A stretch of 29,418 bases of DNA from a virus (lineage: Duplodnaviria > Caudoviricetes), in IMG/VR virus record IMGVR_UViG_3300032310_000219, positions 1 through 29,418 of that record. The stretch is one strand, 5' to 3'. Shown in pieces: positions 9,259 to 18,510 of this stretch. The translations under genes and the position numbers were made by a program. A model generated the notes under the pieces. The model saw only the letters and a program-made list of their open reading frames with translations. It was not told the origin of the DNA and did no database searches. The first letter of the stretch is position 1, and every line of letters begins with the position of its first letter.

Positions 9259-10023
9259 ATGTCAGAAATAAATCCACAAGCAGAAAGACAAAAAGTATAT
9301 GATTATGTACGTACTATGCTGGCCGACGGCATGATTGATGTTGAACTGGATCCTATACATTACGAAACTGCTTTAGAAAAAACTATTAATAGATTTAGAC
9401 AGCGTAGCAGTCATGCAGTAGAAGAAAGTTACATGTTTCTTGAGCTTGAAAAAGATAAAAATGACTACCGATTACCTGATGAAATCATTGCTGTGCAAAG
9501 TGTGTTTAGACGCACATTAGGTAGTCGAACTGGCGGCGGCAGTGGTACCAATTTTGAACCATTTAACCTTGCTTATACCAACACATATTTGTTAAACAGT
9601 ACCATGCTGGGCGGCATAGCTACCTACGATATGTTTGCCCAATACCAAGAAATGATAGGTCGTATGTTTGGTAGCTATATTGAATTCCAGTGGATTCAAC
9701 AAAGCCATGTACTACGCATTTTACAAAGACCGTTTACAGAGGGCGAAACTATTATGCTACGCTGCCATAATTTTCGTCCGGACTATAATCTAATTGACGA
9801 TTTGTATGCCAAGCAATGGATACGAGATTATACTCTTGCAATATGTAAAGGTATCCTTGGAGAAGCCAGAGGCAAATTTGCACAAATTGCTGGACCAGGC
9901 GGCGGCACTCAACTCAATGGTGCAGATTTAAAAAGCGCCAGCAAAGAAGAAATCACAGCATTAGATAAAGAATTAGAAACATTAGTGTCAGGCGGCACAC
10001 CTATGACATTTATTATAGGTTAA
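9259..10023 (+). CDS. gp13: Neck protein / head-tail adaptor, T4 gp13-like
   Basis: 'IDVELDP..Y', 'WIRDYTLAICKGILGEARGKF..I.GPGGGTQLNG..L', C-terminal 'PMTFIIG'. SD GGGAG upstream. Confidence 0.8.
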   Translation: MSEINPQAERQKVYDYVRTMLADGMIDVELDPIHYETALEKTINRFRQRSSHAVEESYMFLELEKDKNDYRLPDEIIAVQSVFRRTLGSRTGGGSGTNFEPFNLAYTNTYLLNSTMLGGIATYDMFAQYQEMIGRMFGSYIEFQWIQQSHVLRILQRPFTEGETIMLRCHNFRPDYNLIDDLYAKQWIRDYTLAICKGILGEARGKFAQIAGPGGGTQLNGADLKSASKEEITALDKELETLVSGGTPMTFIIG

Positions 10024-10025
10024 TT

Positions 10026-10316
10026 ATGAAAGTACATGAGATTATTTCTGAATCAGCAGCGTGGAGACGCAAAGCGGGCAAGAGCAAAGCAGGCGGCCTA
10101 AATGCCAAAGGTGTTGCCAGCTATCGTAGAGAAAATCCGGGTAGTAAATTACAAACCGCAGTTACTACTAAACCTTCTAAGTTAAAAGCAGGTAGCAAGG
10201 ATGCAAAAAGACGTAAGAGTTTTTGTGCAAGGATGGGCGGCGTAGACGGACCAATGAAAAAGCCCAACGGTGAGCCAACCCGCAAAGCACTTGCGCTACG
10301 CAAATGGAATTGCTAA
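10026..10316 (+). CDS. Small basic protein (DUF6321-like), probable head internal protein
   Basis: 'AWRRKAGK..GGLNAKG.ASY...RRKSFCARM.G...ALRKWNC' family pattern. N-terminal MKVHEIISE resembles a T4 capsid-targeting sequence. Confidence 0.65.
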   Translation: MKVHEIISESAAWRRKAGKSKAGGLNAKGVASYRRENPGSKLQTAVTTKPSKLKAGSKDAKRRKSFCARMGGVDGPMKKPNGEPTRKALALRKWNC

Positions 10317-10349
10317 ACGTAGATTGAACAAATACGGGTATAATCACTC

Positions 10350-10378
10350 TTGACAACAGTGTAAAAATCCTGTAATAT
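10350..10378 (+). promoter_or_regulatory. Sigma70-type (early) promoter for dNMP kinase
   Basis: TTGACA (10350-10355), 17-bp spacer, TAATAT (10373-10378), then SD GGAG before ATG 10399. Confidence 0.6.
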
Positions 10379-10398
10379 ATATTATCACTGGAGATAAT

Positions 10399-11043
10399 AT
10401 GATCATAGGCTTCGTTGGATTTATTGGTAGCGGCAAAGACACTGCCGCAGACTATTTGGTTAACTTTCACGGATTCCGCCGTGACTCATTTGCAAACACA
10501 TTAAAAGACGCGGTTGCCGCTGTATTTGGCTGGGACCGCGTTCTCTTGGAAGGACGTACAAAAGAAGCTCGAGAATGGAGAGAGCAACGTGACGAGTGGT
10601 GGAGTACACGACTGGGTAAAGACATTACACCACGTCATATTCTACAATACTGGGGTACTGAAGTTTGCCGCCAAGGCTTCCATGACGATATATGGATTGC
10701 CAGCTTAGAAAACAAAATGCGTAAAACAGGCGACAACATTGTTATTAGCGATGTACGCTTTCCTAACGAGATCAAAGCTATTCACAATGCAGGCGGTAAA
10801 GTAGTACGAGTTATTCGAGGCGACGATCCTGAATGGTATCAAGATGCGTGGACTGTTAATCAAGGCCCTACCAACATGAGTTGGTCTATTAGTAAACTAC
10901 GAATGGAACAGCGTGGTATTCATGCCAGCGAAACTGCATGGATAGGCAAAGATATTGATATTGAAATTGATAATAATAGTACTATTGACCAACTGTTCGA
11001 TCAAATTAAAAATCTGGTTGAAGACCAGCTTGTTGCCATTTAA
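10399..11043 (+). CDS. Deoxynucleoside monophosphate kinase (T4 gp1-like)
   Basis: P-loop 'GFIGSGKDT', 'SFANTLKD', 'TPRHILQYWGTE..R', 'VISDVRFPNE', 'HASE'. Confidence 0.92.
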   Translation: MIIGFVGFIGSGKDTAADYLVNFHGFRRDSFANTLKDAVAAVFGWDRVLLEGRTKEAREWREQRDEWWSTRLGKDITPRHILQYWGTEVCRQGFHDDIWIASLENKMRKTGDNIVISDVRFPNEIKAIHNAGGKVVRVIRGDDPEWYQDAWTVNQGPTNMSWSISKLRMEQRGIHASETAWIGKDIDIEIDNNSTIDQLFDQIKNLVEDQLVAI

Positions 11044-11344
11044 TATTGTCTTTAACAAGTATGCGCTGACAATTGGCGCATACTGTTTTTAAATTAGTAG
11101 CTCTGGAATTATTTAAATTTCCATCAACGTGGAATACATTAAATTGTTCCTTGTACTTGCTTTTAAAGTTACATCTATCACAGACTAACTTCATGCGATA
11201 ACCGTCCTGATACCATTTAGGTATTCCGGCACCGATACCGCCTGCAAGGCACACTTCACACCTACGCCTGTAATAGGTTTTCCCGTTCTTCTTATAGTTA
11301 ATGGCCGCTGGCCTATAGCCGCAAATACATAAAGGTCTGCTCAT
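11006..11344 (-). CDS. Zinc-binding HNH-like protein (degenerate catalytic motif)
   Basis: CxC, CxxC ('CEVC') and CxxC ('CDRC') motifs plus the HNH-like segment 'FHVDGNLNNSRATNLKTVCANCQR'. Has its own ATAAATA motif upstream. Confidence 0.7.
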   Translation of the reverse strand: MSRPLCICGYRPAAINYKKNGKTYYRRRCEVCLAGGIGAGIPKWYQDGYRMKLVCDRCNFKSKYKEQFNVFHVDGNLNNSRATNLKTVCANCQRILVKDNIKWQQAGLQPDF

Positions 11345-11349
11345 AACGC

Positions 11350-11356
11350 TATTTAT
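11350..11356 (-). promoter_or_regulatory. Late promoter motif ATAAATA (minus strand), 5 nt before ATG
   Basis: TATTTAT on the + strand at 11350-11356; the start codon is at 11344. Confidence 0.6.
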
Positions 11357-11361
11357 GCATA

Positions 11362-11383
11362 CCTTTTCAACCCCTTTTCAACC
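11362..11383. repeat. Tandem direct repeat (CCTTTTCAACC) x2
   Basis: Exact 11-bp duplication in the intergenic region between the divergent HNH-like and sheath genes. Confidence 0.8.
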
Positions 11384-11414
11384 GGTTATAAGCAGCCCAT
11401 TTTAATAAAATACG

Positions 11415-11421
11415 CTAAATA
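11415..11421 (+). promoter_or_regulatory. Late promoter variant CTAAATA for the sheath/tube operon
   Basis: Motif variant 33 nt before ATG 11455. A strong SD (TAGGAG) follows. Confidence 0.5.
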
Positions 11422-11454
11422 ATACTATAATGAAAACCCATAGGAGAAGCTAAT

Positions 11455-14400
11455 ATGGCATTAAGTTCACCAGGCGTAGAAGTCAAAGTAATTGACGAAT
11501 CGTTTTATACACCAGCAGAACCTGGTACAGTCCCTTTGATTGTAGTAGCATCTGCGGAAAACAAATCAAATAGCGCAGGAGATGGTACAGCTCCTGGCAC
11601 ATTAAAAGCTAATGCAGGTCAAGTATACTTATTGACAAGCCAAAAGGATCTTGGAGATACCTTCGGCGACCCAGTATTTAAAACTGACGCAAACAACAAC
11701 CCTATTCATGCTGGCGAGCAGAACGAATATGGTTTGCAAACAGCTTATAGTTTGTTAGGCGTTAGTAACCGTGCGTATGTAGTACGTGCAAATCTTGACC
11801 TTAACCAGTTAAATGCAGCAGTTGACGCACCAAGTGCAGAACCAAATAATGGTACTTACTGGCTCGATACAGACAATACCAAGTGGGGCATTTTTGAATG
11901 GAACGATGATCCAGCAACAACCACAGGTGGTCAGACTTTTACTAACAAAGTTCCAATGATTATTACAGATGCTACTAAAGTTAATGCGTTAACTGGCGGC
12001 CCTGCAATATCAGTAGGCAAAAACGGTAGCTATGCTATTGTTACTGTAAGAGACAGCAGCTATATTGATCCAGAAGTTACTGAACAGCATCCAATGTCAT
12101 TATGGTACAGAAATAATTCTGGAACATGGGTACAAGTTGGGTCGTCTGCATGGGAAGCAAGCTGGACTGGCACACCGTTACTTGCAATGCAAGCACACAC
12201 CAGTGTTCCACAGTGGAAACATGCAACCTTAGATCCTTCAGTGGCTCCTACAGGTAGCGTATGGATTAAGACAACAGAACCTAACTTAGGTGCTCGTTGG
12301 AGAGTTAACCGTTACAATGGTACAACACAAGCATTTGAGCAAGTTAGTGCTCCGTTGTACAGCGATTCGTTAACTGCTCTTTTTAAATTAGACAAAACTG
12401 GTGGCGGTGCAAATCTTGCAGCTGGCACAGTATATGCTAAGTTTGATGTTGCAGAAGATGGTGCAGAAGCAGATTTTGCTTTGTATCGCAGAAAGAGTGC
12501 TGCCCCAACTACTATTAGATCAACTAAAGTTACAGCAAGTACCTTTGCAGGTGATGCCGGCGCACTTACATCAGTGTTAGCTTCTTCTATTGGTGGCACA
12601 TCTGTTGCAGCCGCAGCAGCATATGCTGGTGTTGCAGTAGGAACGGTTACTGGCAGTGGCATTGGTGCTATTGCAACTGTTACTAAAACAGGTACAGGCA
12701 CAATCTATACAAATAGCAACATAACAGTTACTATTACAACTGGCGGGTCTGGATATCAATCTGGTAACCAGTTAAAAGTACTTGGTACAGCACTTGGTGG
12801 CACAAGCCCATTAAATGACTTAACATTCACAGTTAGCGGCGAAAGCACTACTTACTCGTTTGATATTGCATATAGTGAAGCAGGATCAACTGCTCCTACT
12901 ACTGACACAACTATTAGTTTTACAATTACTACTCCAGCAGCGGGCAACGCCGCAACTGTAGCGGCTGCAATTAACACAGAATTGCCAACTGGATCCCCAG
13001 TTGAAGCCAGTGTAGATACACAAAATAGATTAGTTATCGAACATGCAACAGGCGGCGAGATTTACTTAACTAACGGAACTAACAATCCATTAAACGACTT
13101 AGGTTTCTCTGAGTATGTGCCTACTACTGGTAACGGTACAATCAACTTATATGTTGATCCTACAGCAAATCATGATTATGTAGCCAGCTTATGGGAGCCA
13201 TTAAGCTATGCCGCAGGTGGCAATCCTCCTACAAGTTTAACAGCAGACGGTACCTTATGGTATAGTTCTGTAATTGATGAAGTGGATATTTTAGCACATG
13301 ACGGTAGTGGATGGGTTGGCTATTTAAATGCAAATCCATTAACTGATCCAGCCGGCCCAACAGTTGCAGCATCTAAGCCAGAAACACAAAGTGATGGCAG
13401 TGCTCTTGAAACTGGCGACCTATGGATTGATACCAGCGATATTGAAAACTTTCCAATCATTTACAAGTATAATAAAGATCTAATGAAATGGTTCCTTGTT
13501 GATACAAGTGATCAAAGTACAGAAGACGGATGCTTGTTTGCAGATGTTCGTTACAACACCGCAGGTGAAAACAGTGATGAGCAAGGCACTATTGAAGAAC
13601 TGCTTTCAAGCAACTACGTAGATCCAGATTCTCCAGACTCAGCATTGTATCCGAAGGGCATGTTACTATGGAACTTACGTAGAAGTGGTTTCAACGTAAA
13701 GCAGTTTAAACAAAATTACATCGACGTTGATGCTGACAATACACGCTTCGGCGATGTAAGCATGGCAGATTATTATCCACATCGTTGGGTAACAATCAGC
13801 GGAAACCAAGACAATGGTTCAGGTACATTTGGTCGTAAGGCGCAACGTAAAGTTGTTGTTCAAGCATTGCAAGCCCTTGTTAATGCTAACCAACAAATCC
13901 GTGACGAAGAAAGCCGTGTGTTTAACCTAATTGCTTGCCCAGGTTATCCTGAGCTTGTAGGCGAACTTATCAGCTTAAATTACGACAGAGGTTTAACAGC
14001 ATTTGTAGTAGCTGACACGCCAGCTCGTTTAACAAGCGATGCAACTTCATTGTTAAACTGGGGTACTAACCAACAGCTTGCTCTTGAAGATAATGATCTT
14101 GGTCTTGTTTCAAGTGATGAATATATTGGATTCTTCTATCCATGGGGATTCACAAGCGACAACTTTGGTAACAACGTAGTTGTTCCTCCAAGCCACATGA
14201 TCTTAAGAACTATTGCTCTAAGCGATCAAGTTAGCTATCCATGGTTTGCACCAGCTGGTGTACGTCGTGGCGGTATTACTAATGCCACAGCAGTTGGTTA
14301 TGTAGATGCAGAAGGTGAATTTAACAGTGTTGCATTAAACGTTGGTCAACGTGATACGTTAGCCAGTGTAAAAATTAATCCAATTACGTTCATTACAGGA

Positions 14401-14775
14401 ACAGGACTTGTTAACTACGGTCAGTATACTCGTGCAAGAGCTGCAAGTGCATTGGATCGTATTAACGTAGCACGTTTAGTAGTTTACTTACGCAGACAAT
14501 TAAATGCATTGGCTAAGCCATACATTTTTGAGCCTAATGATAAGATTACACGTGATCAAATTAAATCGGCAGCTGAGAGTCTAATGCTTGAGTTAGTTGG
14601 CCAACGTGCGCTCTATGACTATGTTGTAGTATGCGACGAATCCAATAACACACCAGCAAGAATTGACCGAAATGAATTATACCTGGATATTGCTATTGAA
14701 CCAGTCAAAGCAGTGGAATTTATTTACATTCCATTACGCTTGAAGAACACTGGTGAAATCGCTGCTTTAGGTTAA
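11455..14775 (+). CDS. gp18: Contractile tail sheath protein (T4 gp18-like), 1106 aa with insertion domains
   Basis: N-terminal 'LSSPGVEVKVIDESFY'. C-terminal 'PWFAPAG.RRG', 'INPI', 'DRINVARL', 'FEPND..TR', 'VVCDESNNTP.RIDRNEL..DIAIEP.KA.EFI'. Confidence 0.95.
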   Translation: MALSSPGVEVKVIDESFYTPAEPGTVPLIVVASAENKSNSAGDGTAPGTLKANAGQVYLLTSQKDLGDTFGDPVFKTDANNNPIHAGEQNEYGLQTAYSLLGVSNRAYVVRANLDLNQLNAAVDAPSAEPNNGTYWLDTDNTKWGIFEWNDDPATTTGGQTFTNKVPMIITDATKVNALTGGPAISVGKNGSYAIVTVRDSSYIDPEVTEQHPMSLWYRNNSGTWVQVGSSAWEASWTGTPLLAMQAHTSVPQWKHATLDPSVAPTGSVWIKTTEPNLGARWRVNRYNGTTQAFEQVSAPLYSDSLTALFKLDKTGGGANLAAGTVYAKFDVAEDGAEADFALYRRKSAAPTTIRSTKVTASTFAGDAGALTSVLASSIGGTSVAAAAAYAGVAVGTVTGSGIGAIATVTKTGTGTIYTNSNITVTITTGGSGYQSGNQLKVLGTALGGTSPLNDLTFTVSGESTTYSFDIAYSEAGSTAPTTDTTISFTITTPAAGNAATVAAAINTELPTGSPVEASVDTQNRLVIEHATGGEIYLTNGTNNPLNDLGFSEYVPTTGNGTINLYVDPTANHDYVASLWEPLSYAAGGNPPTSLTADGTLWYSSVIDEVDILAHDGSGWVGYLNANPLTDPAGPTVAASKPETQSDGSALETGDLWIDTSDIENFPIIYKYNKDLMKWFLVDTSDQSTEDGCLFADVRYNTAGENSDEQGTIEELLSSNYVDPDSPDSALYPKGMLLWNLRRSGFNVKQFKQNYIDVDADNTRFGDVSMADYYPHRWVTISGNQDNGSGTFGRKAQRKVVVQALQALVNANQQIRDEESRVFNLIACPGYPELVGELISLNYDRGLTAFVVADTPARLTSDATSLLNWGTNQQLALEDNDLGLVSSDEYIGFFYPWGFTSDNFGNNVVVPPSHMILRTIALSDQVSYPWFAPAGVRRGGITNATAVGYVDAEGEFNSVALNVGQRDTLASVKINPITFITGTGLVNYGQYTRARAASALDRINVARLVVYLRRQLNALAKPYIFEPNDKITRDQIKSAAESLMLELVGQRALYDYVVVCDESNNTPARIDRNELYLDIAIEPVKAVEFIYIPLRLKNTGEIAALG

Positions 14776-14801
14776 TCCTATAATATAAAAGGAAAAAGAA
14801 C

Positions 14802-15440
14802 ATGGCAATTTCATCATTAAACAACTTTACAGTTCCGTTAGAAAGCGGAGCTGGATCACAAGGCTTGTTAATGCCAAAACTAAAGTATCGCTTCCGCGTT
14901 ACACTAATTGGTTTTGGCGTTACAGCTGGCAACGCCACTGAATTAACTAAACAGGTAATTTCCTGCGGTAGACCAAATCTATCATTTGAAAATATTGAAA
15001 TCCCTGTGTATAACAGCAAAGTACATATTGCTGGTAAGCACACATGGCAAGATATTGCTTTAGAAGTTCGTGACGATGTTAACGGAAACGTAAGCAAACT
15101 TGTAGGCGAACAGTTACAGAAACAATTTGACTTCTTAGAGCAAAGTTCTGCAGCAGCTGGTATTGATTACAAATTTACAACTAAGATTGAAATCACTGAC
15201 GGCGGCAACGGAAACAATGCGCCTGCTATCCTTGAAACATGGGAATGCTATGGTTGCTATTTGCTAAGTGCAAACTATCAAAACTTGAGCTACAGCGAAA
15301 ATGCTGCCGCTACAATTTCACTTGGTATCAAGTATGATAACGCAAGTCAAGTTGGTGGTGGTGCAGGTGTTGGTATTACAACAGGTCTTGGAAGAAGCGT
15401 AGCCGCTGCTTCTATGACAACTGGTCCAGGCAGAGCATAA
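14802..15440 (+). CDS. gp19: Tail tube protein (T4 gp19-like)
   Basis: Follows the sheath gene. 'PKLKYRFRV...RPNLSFENIEIPVYNSKV.IAGK.TWQDI...ETWECYGC' pattern. Confidence 0.85.
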   Translation: MAISSLNNFTVPLESGAGSQGLLMPKLKYRFRVTLIGFGVTAGNATELTKQVISCGRPNLSFENIEIPVYNSKVHIAGKHTWQDIALEVRDDVNGNVSKLVGEQLQKQFDFLEQSSAAAGIDYKFTTKIEITDGGNGNNAPAILETWECYGCYLLSANYQNLSYSENAAATISLGIKYDNASQVGGGAGVGITTGLGRSVAAASMTTGPGRA

Positions 15441-15441
15441 T

Positions 15442-15467
15442 AAAAAGGCTGGCAACAGCCTTTTTTT
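15442..15467 (+). terminator. Intrinsic terminator (potentially bidirectional)
   Basis: AAAAAGGCTG-GCAA-CAGCCTTTTTTT: GNRA loop, U-tract on one side and A-tract on the other, right after the tube gene. Confidence 0.9.
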
Positions 15468-15503
15468 ACGGCTATTCATTAAATACGTATATTATATTAA
15501 TCA

Positions 15504-15510
15504 ATAAATA
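15504..15510 (+). promoter_or_regulatory. Late promoter motif ATAAATA, 5 nt before ATG 15516
   Basis: Lies directly downstream of a terminator, so a new promoter is needed. No SD is visible. Confidence 0.65.
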
Positions 15511-15515
15511 ACAGT

Positions 15516-16583
15516 ATGACCAGTAAGGCTTGGAATCAATTTGTATCGGGCGCCACTAACCCACGAGGCAATGTTGGAGATTTTCAACATGCTGCCCGCT
15601 TAATTACGGACAGCGATTTTAGATTAGCACCTAAATCTAAATATCTTTATCACGTATCGTTTAATATTAACACTAATGCTCTTAAAAGTTTAAACTTTAC
15701 ATATCAGCATCAAAACGAAATTAACATGTTAGTCAAGGCCGCTGAACTGCCTAAGTTTCAAATTGCTACAGAAACACTAAATCAATATAATAGAAAAAAA
15801 GTAGTACAGAATAAAATAGATTATCAAAATATTACTATTAGATTTCATGATGATAACCTTGGTGTAGTTGGCCAGCTTTGGCAAAACTATTACGGGTACT
15901 ACTATGCAGATAGTTCTGCCGCTGGCAATTTTGCAGCCTACAATAGAAATGCAATGTTAGCACCTACGTTTATGGGTGCAAGATACGGACTTGATAATAA
16001 CAGCTCAATACCATTCTTTAATAGTATTACTATATTTCAGCTTGCAAAACGAGCCTACTACGGATACAAGTTAATAAATCCAATGATTACACAGTGGAAT
16101 CATGATAGTCTTGATTCTGCTAACAATCAACCTGGTGAGCAGTCTATGACATTGGCCTACGAAGCAGTAGCTTACAGCACAGGCAATGTTCAACAAGGTG
16201 ATCCTCCAGGATTTGCTCAAGAGCATTACGATCATACTCCAAGCCCGCTGAGTATTTACGGTGGCGGCACACGAACTTTATTTGGTAGCGGCGGCGTACT
16301 TGCAGGCGCCGAAGCTGTATTCGGAGCATTAGGTAGCGGTAAGGCTTTTGACAGTCCTGCTAACTTTATTACTACTGCCATTGCCGCAGTCAACACTTAT
16401 AAAAATGCTAAGACGTTAGGTAAGGCAGGCGTAACTTCTGAATTAACTGGCATGGCAGTTAGAGGATTATCTACTGCTGCAACTATTGGATTAAGTGGTA
16501 TCCAAAACACAAGTTTCCCAATAAACAATCCAGCTAATGTAACAACTGCAACGCCACGTAACTTGCTTGGAGGCGGTCCGTAA
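15516..16583 (+). CDS. Tail-tube-fold baseplate/tube initiator protein (gp48/gp54-like)
   Basis: Tube-like motifs 'LPKFQIATETLNQYNRK..VQNKIDYQNITIRFHDD', 'LINPMITQWNHDSLD...MTLAYE'. Adjacent to the tube gene. Confidence 0.6.
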   Translation: MTSKAWNQFVSGATNPRGNVGDFQHAARLITDSDFRLAPKSKYLYHVSFNINTNALKSLNFTYQHQNEINMLVKAAELPKFQIATETLNQYNRKKVVQNKIDYQNITIRFHDDNLGVVGQLWQNYYGYYYADSSAAGNFAAYNRNAMLAPTFMGARYGLDNNSSIPFFNSITIFQLAKRAYYGYKLINPMITQWNHDSLDSANNQPGEQSMTLAYEAVAYSTGNVQQGDPPGFAQEHYDHTPSPLSIYGGGTRTLFGSGGVLAGAEAVFGALGSGKAFDSPANFITTAIAAVNTYKNAKTLGKAGVTSELTGMAVRGLSTAATIGLSGIQNTSFPINNPANVTTATPRNLLGGGP

Positions 16584-16951
16584 TGTCTATAAATTTACCA
16601 GTATCAGAACCTAAAGACAGTGGCGAAGAAGTTAAAACATTCTTTGATAAATTTTTTAGACAGCAAATAACATTCCCGTCAAATCAGATTGATGCTATTG
16701 TTGGCTATTTTTTAAAAAGAGGCTTTGATGAAAACTCTGCACGTAGTACGGGAATTGTATTACTAAATCAAGCTAAGTTAGATAACATAAGCGTCTTTCA
16801 ACTTATTGATACTCTTAAAGGACTCAACGATGTGCAATTAAGTTCTGTCGTAACTGAAGTGCTAAATGCATATAGAGAAAAAACCAGTACGCTGGGTTTT
16901 AAAATTTTAACAGTAGAAGAAACAGTTGAAAGTCGCAACATACGAGCATGA
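16583..16951 (+). CDS. Hypothetical protein (probably virion assembly)
   Basis: 122-aa helical ORF coupled to both neighbours (TAATG, ATGA). Confidence 0.6.
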   Translation: MSINLPVSEPKDSGEEVKTFFDKFFRQQITFPSNQIDAIVGYFLKRGFDENSARSTGIVLLNQAKLDNISVFQLIDTLKGLNDVQLSSVVTEVLNAYREKTSTLGFKILTVEETVESRNIRA

Positions 16952-17382
16952 GTCGTTTTGCACAGGGCAAATATACCGTAGCAAACCCAGAAAAGTATGT
17001 AGGTAAGAAAAACCCTACATACAGAAGTTCTTGGGAATTGCATTTTATGCGATTTTGCGATACTAACCCCAGCATACAAAAATGGGCCAGCGAAGCAATA
17101 TCAATACCTTATAGATGCCCTATTACCGGAAAGAGCACAATTTATATCCCAGATTTTTTTATACAATACGTAGACAAGGCCAGCAAGATGCATGTAGAAC
17201 TTATTGAGATAAAACCACAGAATCAAACACTACATGAAAAAGTAGGTAAAAATCGAAACAATCAAATTCAGTATGTAAGAAATATAGCCAAATGGCGAGC
17301 AGCCCAAGCATGGTGTAAAAACCAGGGAATTAAGTTCAGAATCATCAACGAACAAGACTTATTCCACACTGGCAGAAATTGA
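16948..17382 (+). CDS. gp4: Head completion nuclease (T4 gp4-like, TnsA-type PD-(D/E)xK)
   Basis: 'YRSSWE..FM.FCD.NP.I.KWASE.I.IPY', 'YIPDFF', 'IEIKP', 'KWRAA..WC...G.KF.I.NE'. Confidence 0.88.
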   Translation: MSRFAQGKYTVANPEKYVGKKNPTYRSSWELHFMRFCDTNPSIQKWASEAISIPYRCPITGKSTIYIPDFFIQYVDKASKMHVELIEIKPQNQTLHEKVGKNRNNQIQYVRNIAKWRAAQAWCKNQGIKFRIINEQDLFHTGRN

Positions 17383-17392
17383 TAAGTATTGT

Positions 17393-17878
17393 ATGACAAA
17401 AAAACTTGAAGAACTATTAAACTTGCCCGAGAGCAAAAAAATTGTTAAACAAGCTGAGAAGGTTGTTGAAAAACAAGCGGCGCAGCCATTACTGCGAGAC
17501 TTATCAGAGTTTGATAAAATTAGCGCAGCCTTACCGCATGTTAAAGGTCTCGGCGACATTGCTGATGGCGAGTTAGATGCTTTGGCACAACGTGCAACTG
17601 ATGCCTATGACGATCTTATGGATCTTGGTATGAATGTTGATAGCCGCTACTCAGGACGTATATTTGAAGTTGCAGGCACTATGCTTAAGAATGCAATTGA
17701 TGCAAAAAATGCTAAACTTGATAAAAAGTTAAAAATGATTGAGTTACAGTTGAAGAAACAGCAAATAGATCAAAAAGCTGGCAATGAAGACAGCATAGAC
17801 ATCCAAGGCAGCGGAGTTATTATTTCAGATCGTAATAGTTTGATTGAAAAACTTAAAACTATGAATATGAATAAATAA
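17393..17878 (+). CDS. Terminase small subunit (gp16-like), putative
   Basis: Helical/coiled-coil protein with 'GRIFEVAGTMLKNAIDA', and C-terminal 'IISDRNSLIEKL' typical of T4-like small terminases. Lies upstream of TerL. Confidence 0.6.
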   Translation: MTKKLEELLNLPESKKIVKQAEKVVEKQAAQPLLRDLSEFDKISAALPHVKGLGDIADGELDALAQRATDAYDDLMDLGMNVDSRYSGRIFEVAGTMLKNAIDAKNAKLDKKLKMIELQLKKQQIDQKAGNEDSIDIQGSGVIISDRNSLIEKLKTMNMNK

Positions 17879-17895
17879 GGTATCAGGATTATATT

Positions 17896-18510
17896 ATGAA
17901 ATCATTCACAGAATACTTACAAGAAAGCGTAGAAGAAAAGAAATACGCTTTTAAAATTAAATTAGCAGGGGAATTGCCTGACCATTGCGAAGATTGCATG
18001 GAGACAGCTATGCAACAATATAAAGTTAGCAAATTTGCCAAAGGTAAGAGTACTCCTATTCAAGCTAATCTATTAGACTTTCCTAATGTAAAAAATGCCA
18101 GCATGACAGTATTTGAAGTAGAATTAGATTATCCTACAACCAGTGCAGTATTATCTGAACTAATCGCTAATGCAACCGGAATCCCAAGAGACAACGTTAA
18201 AATTAGAACTCCGTTAGAAGAGGCAAATTTTGAAATTGAAACTGAGAACATGGACACTGTTGCAGATGGTAAGTCATTGTTATCACAAGAGTACACCAAA
18301 GAAAATAATCAAAGTCTTGTAGGCGAAAAATATATTAGTTCGTTTCTTAAAGACCTTGCTAAAGCAAGAAAAGATACAGAACCAACGCAAGTTAAAGGTG
18401 TCAACGATAAGTTATTAGCATCAAAGATGCACAAAGAGAAGCAAGAGGTAATGCCTAAAGCAGGTCCTGCAAAAAGTCTATTTGCTTCCAAACAAAAGGA
18501 AACAAAATGA
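17896..18510 (+). CDS. Hypothetical protein with T4-like capsid-targeting N-terminus
   Basis: Starts MKSFTEYLQES. ATAAATA at 17871-17877 upstream. Confidence 0.6.
   Translation: MKSFTEYLQESVEEKKYAFKIKLAGELPDHCEDCMETAMQQYKVSKFAKGKSTPIQANLLDFPNVKNASMTVFEVELDYPTTSAVLSELIANATGIPRDNVKIRTPLEEANFEIETENMDTVADGKSLLSQEYTKENNQSLVGEKYISSFLKDLAKARKDTEPTQVKGVNDKLLASKMHKEKQEVMPKAGPAKSLFASKQKETK

Noticed and set aside
9221-9277. ORF-track start of the gp14-like gene at 9277
   Set aside because: It would overlap gp13 and run through the bidirectional promoter. ATG 9220 fits better.
10310-10344. Second sigma70 promoter using TATAAT at 10339-10344
   Set aside because: No -35 hexamer at a suitable spacing. 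The TTGACA-17-TAATAT promoter just downstream is better supported.
16948-17382. TnsA-like transposase (Tn7 element)
   Set aside because: Motifs and context match the T4 gp4 head completion nuclease. No other Tn7 genes or ends are present.
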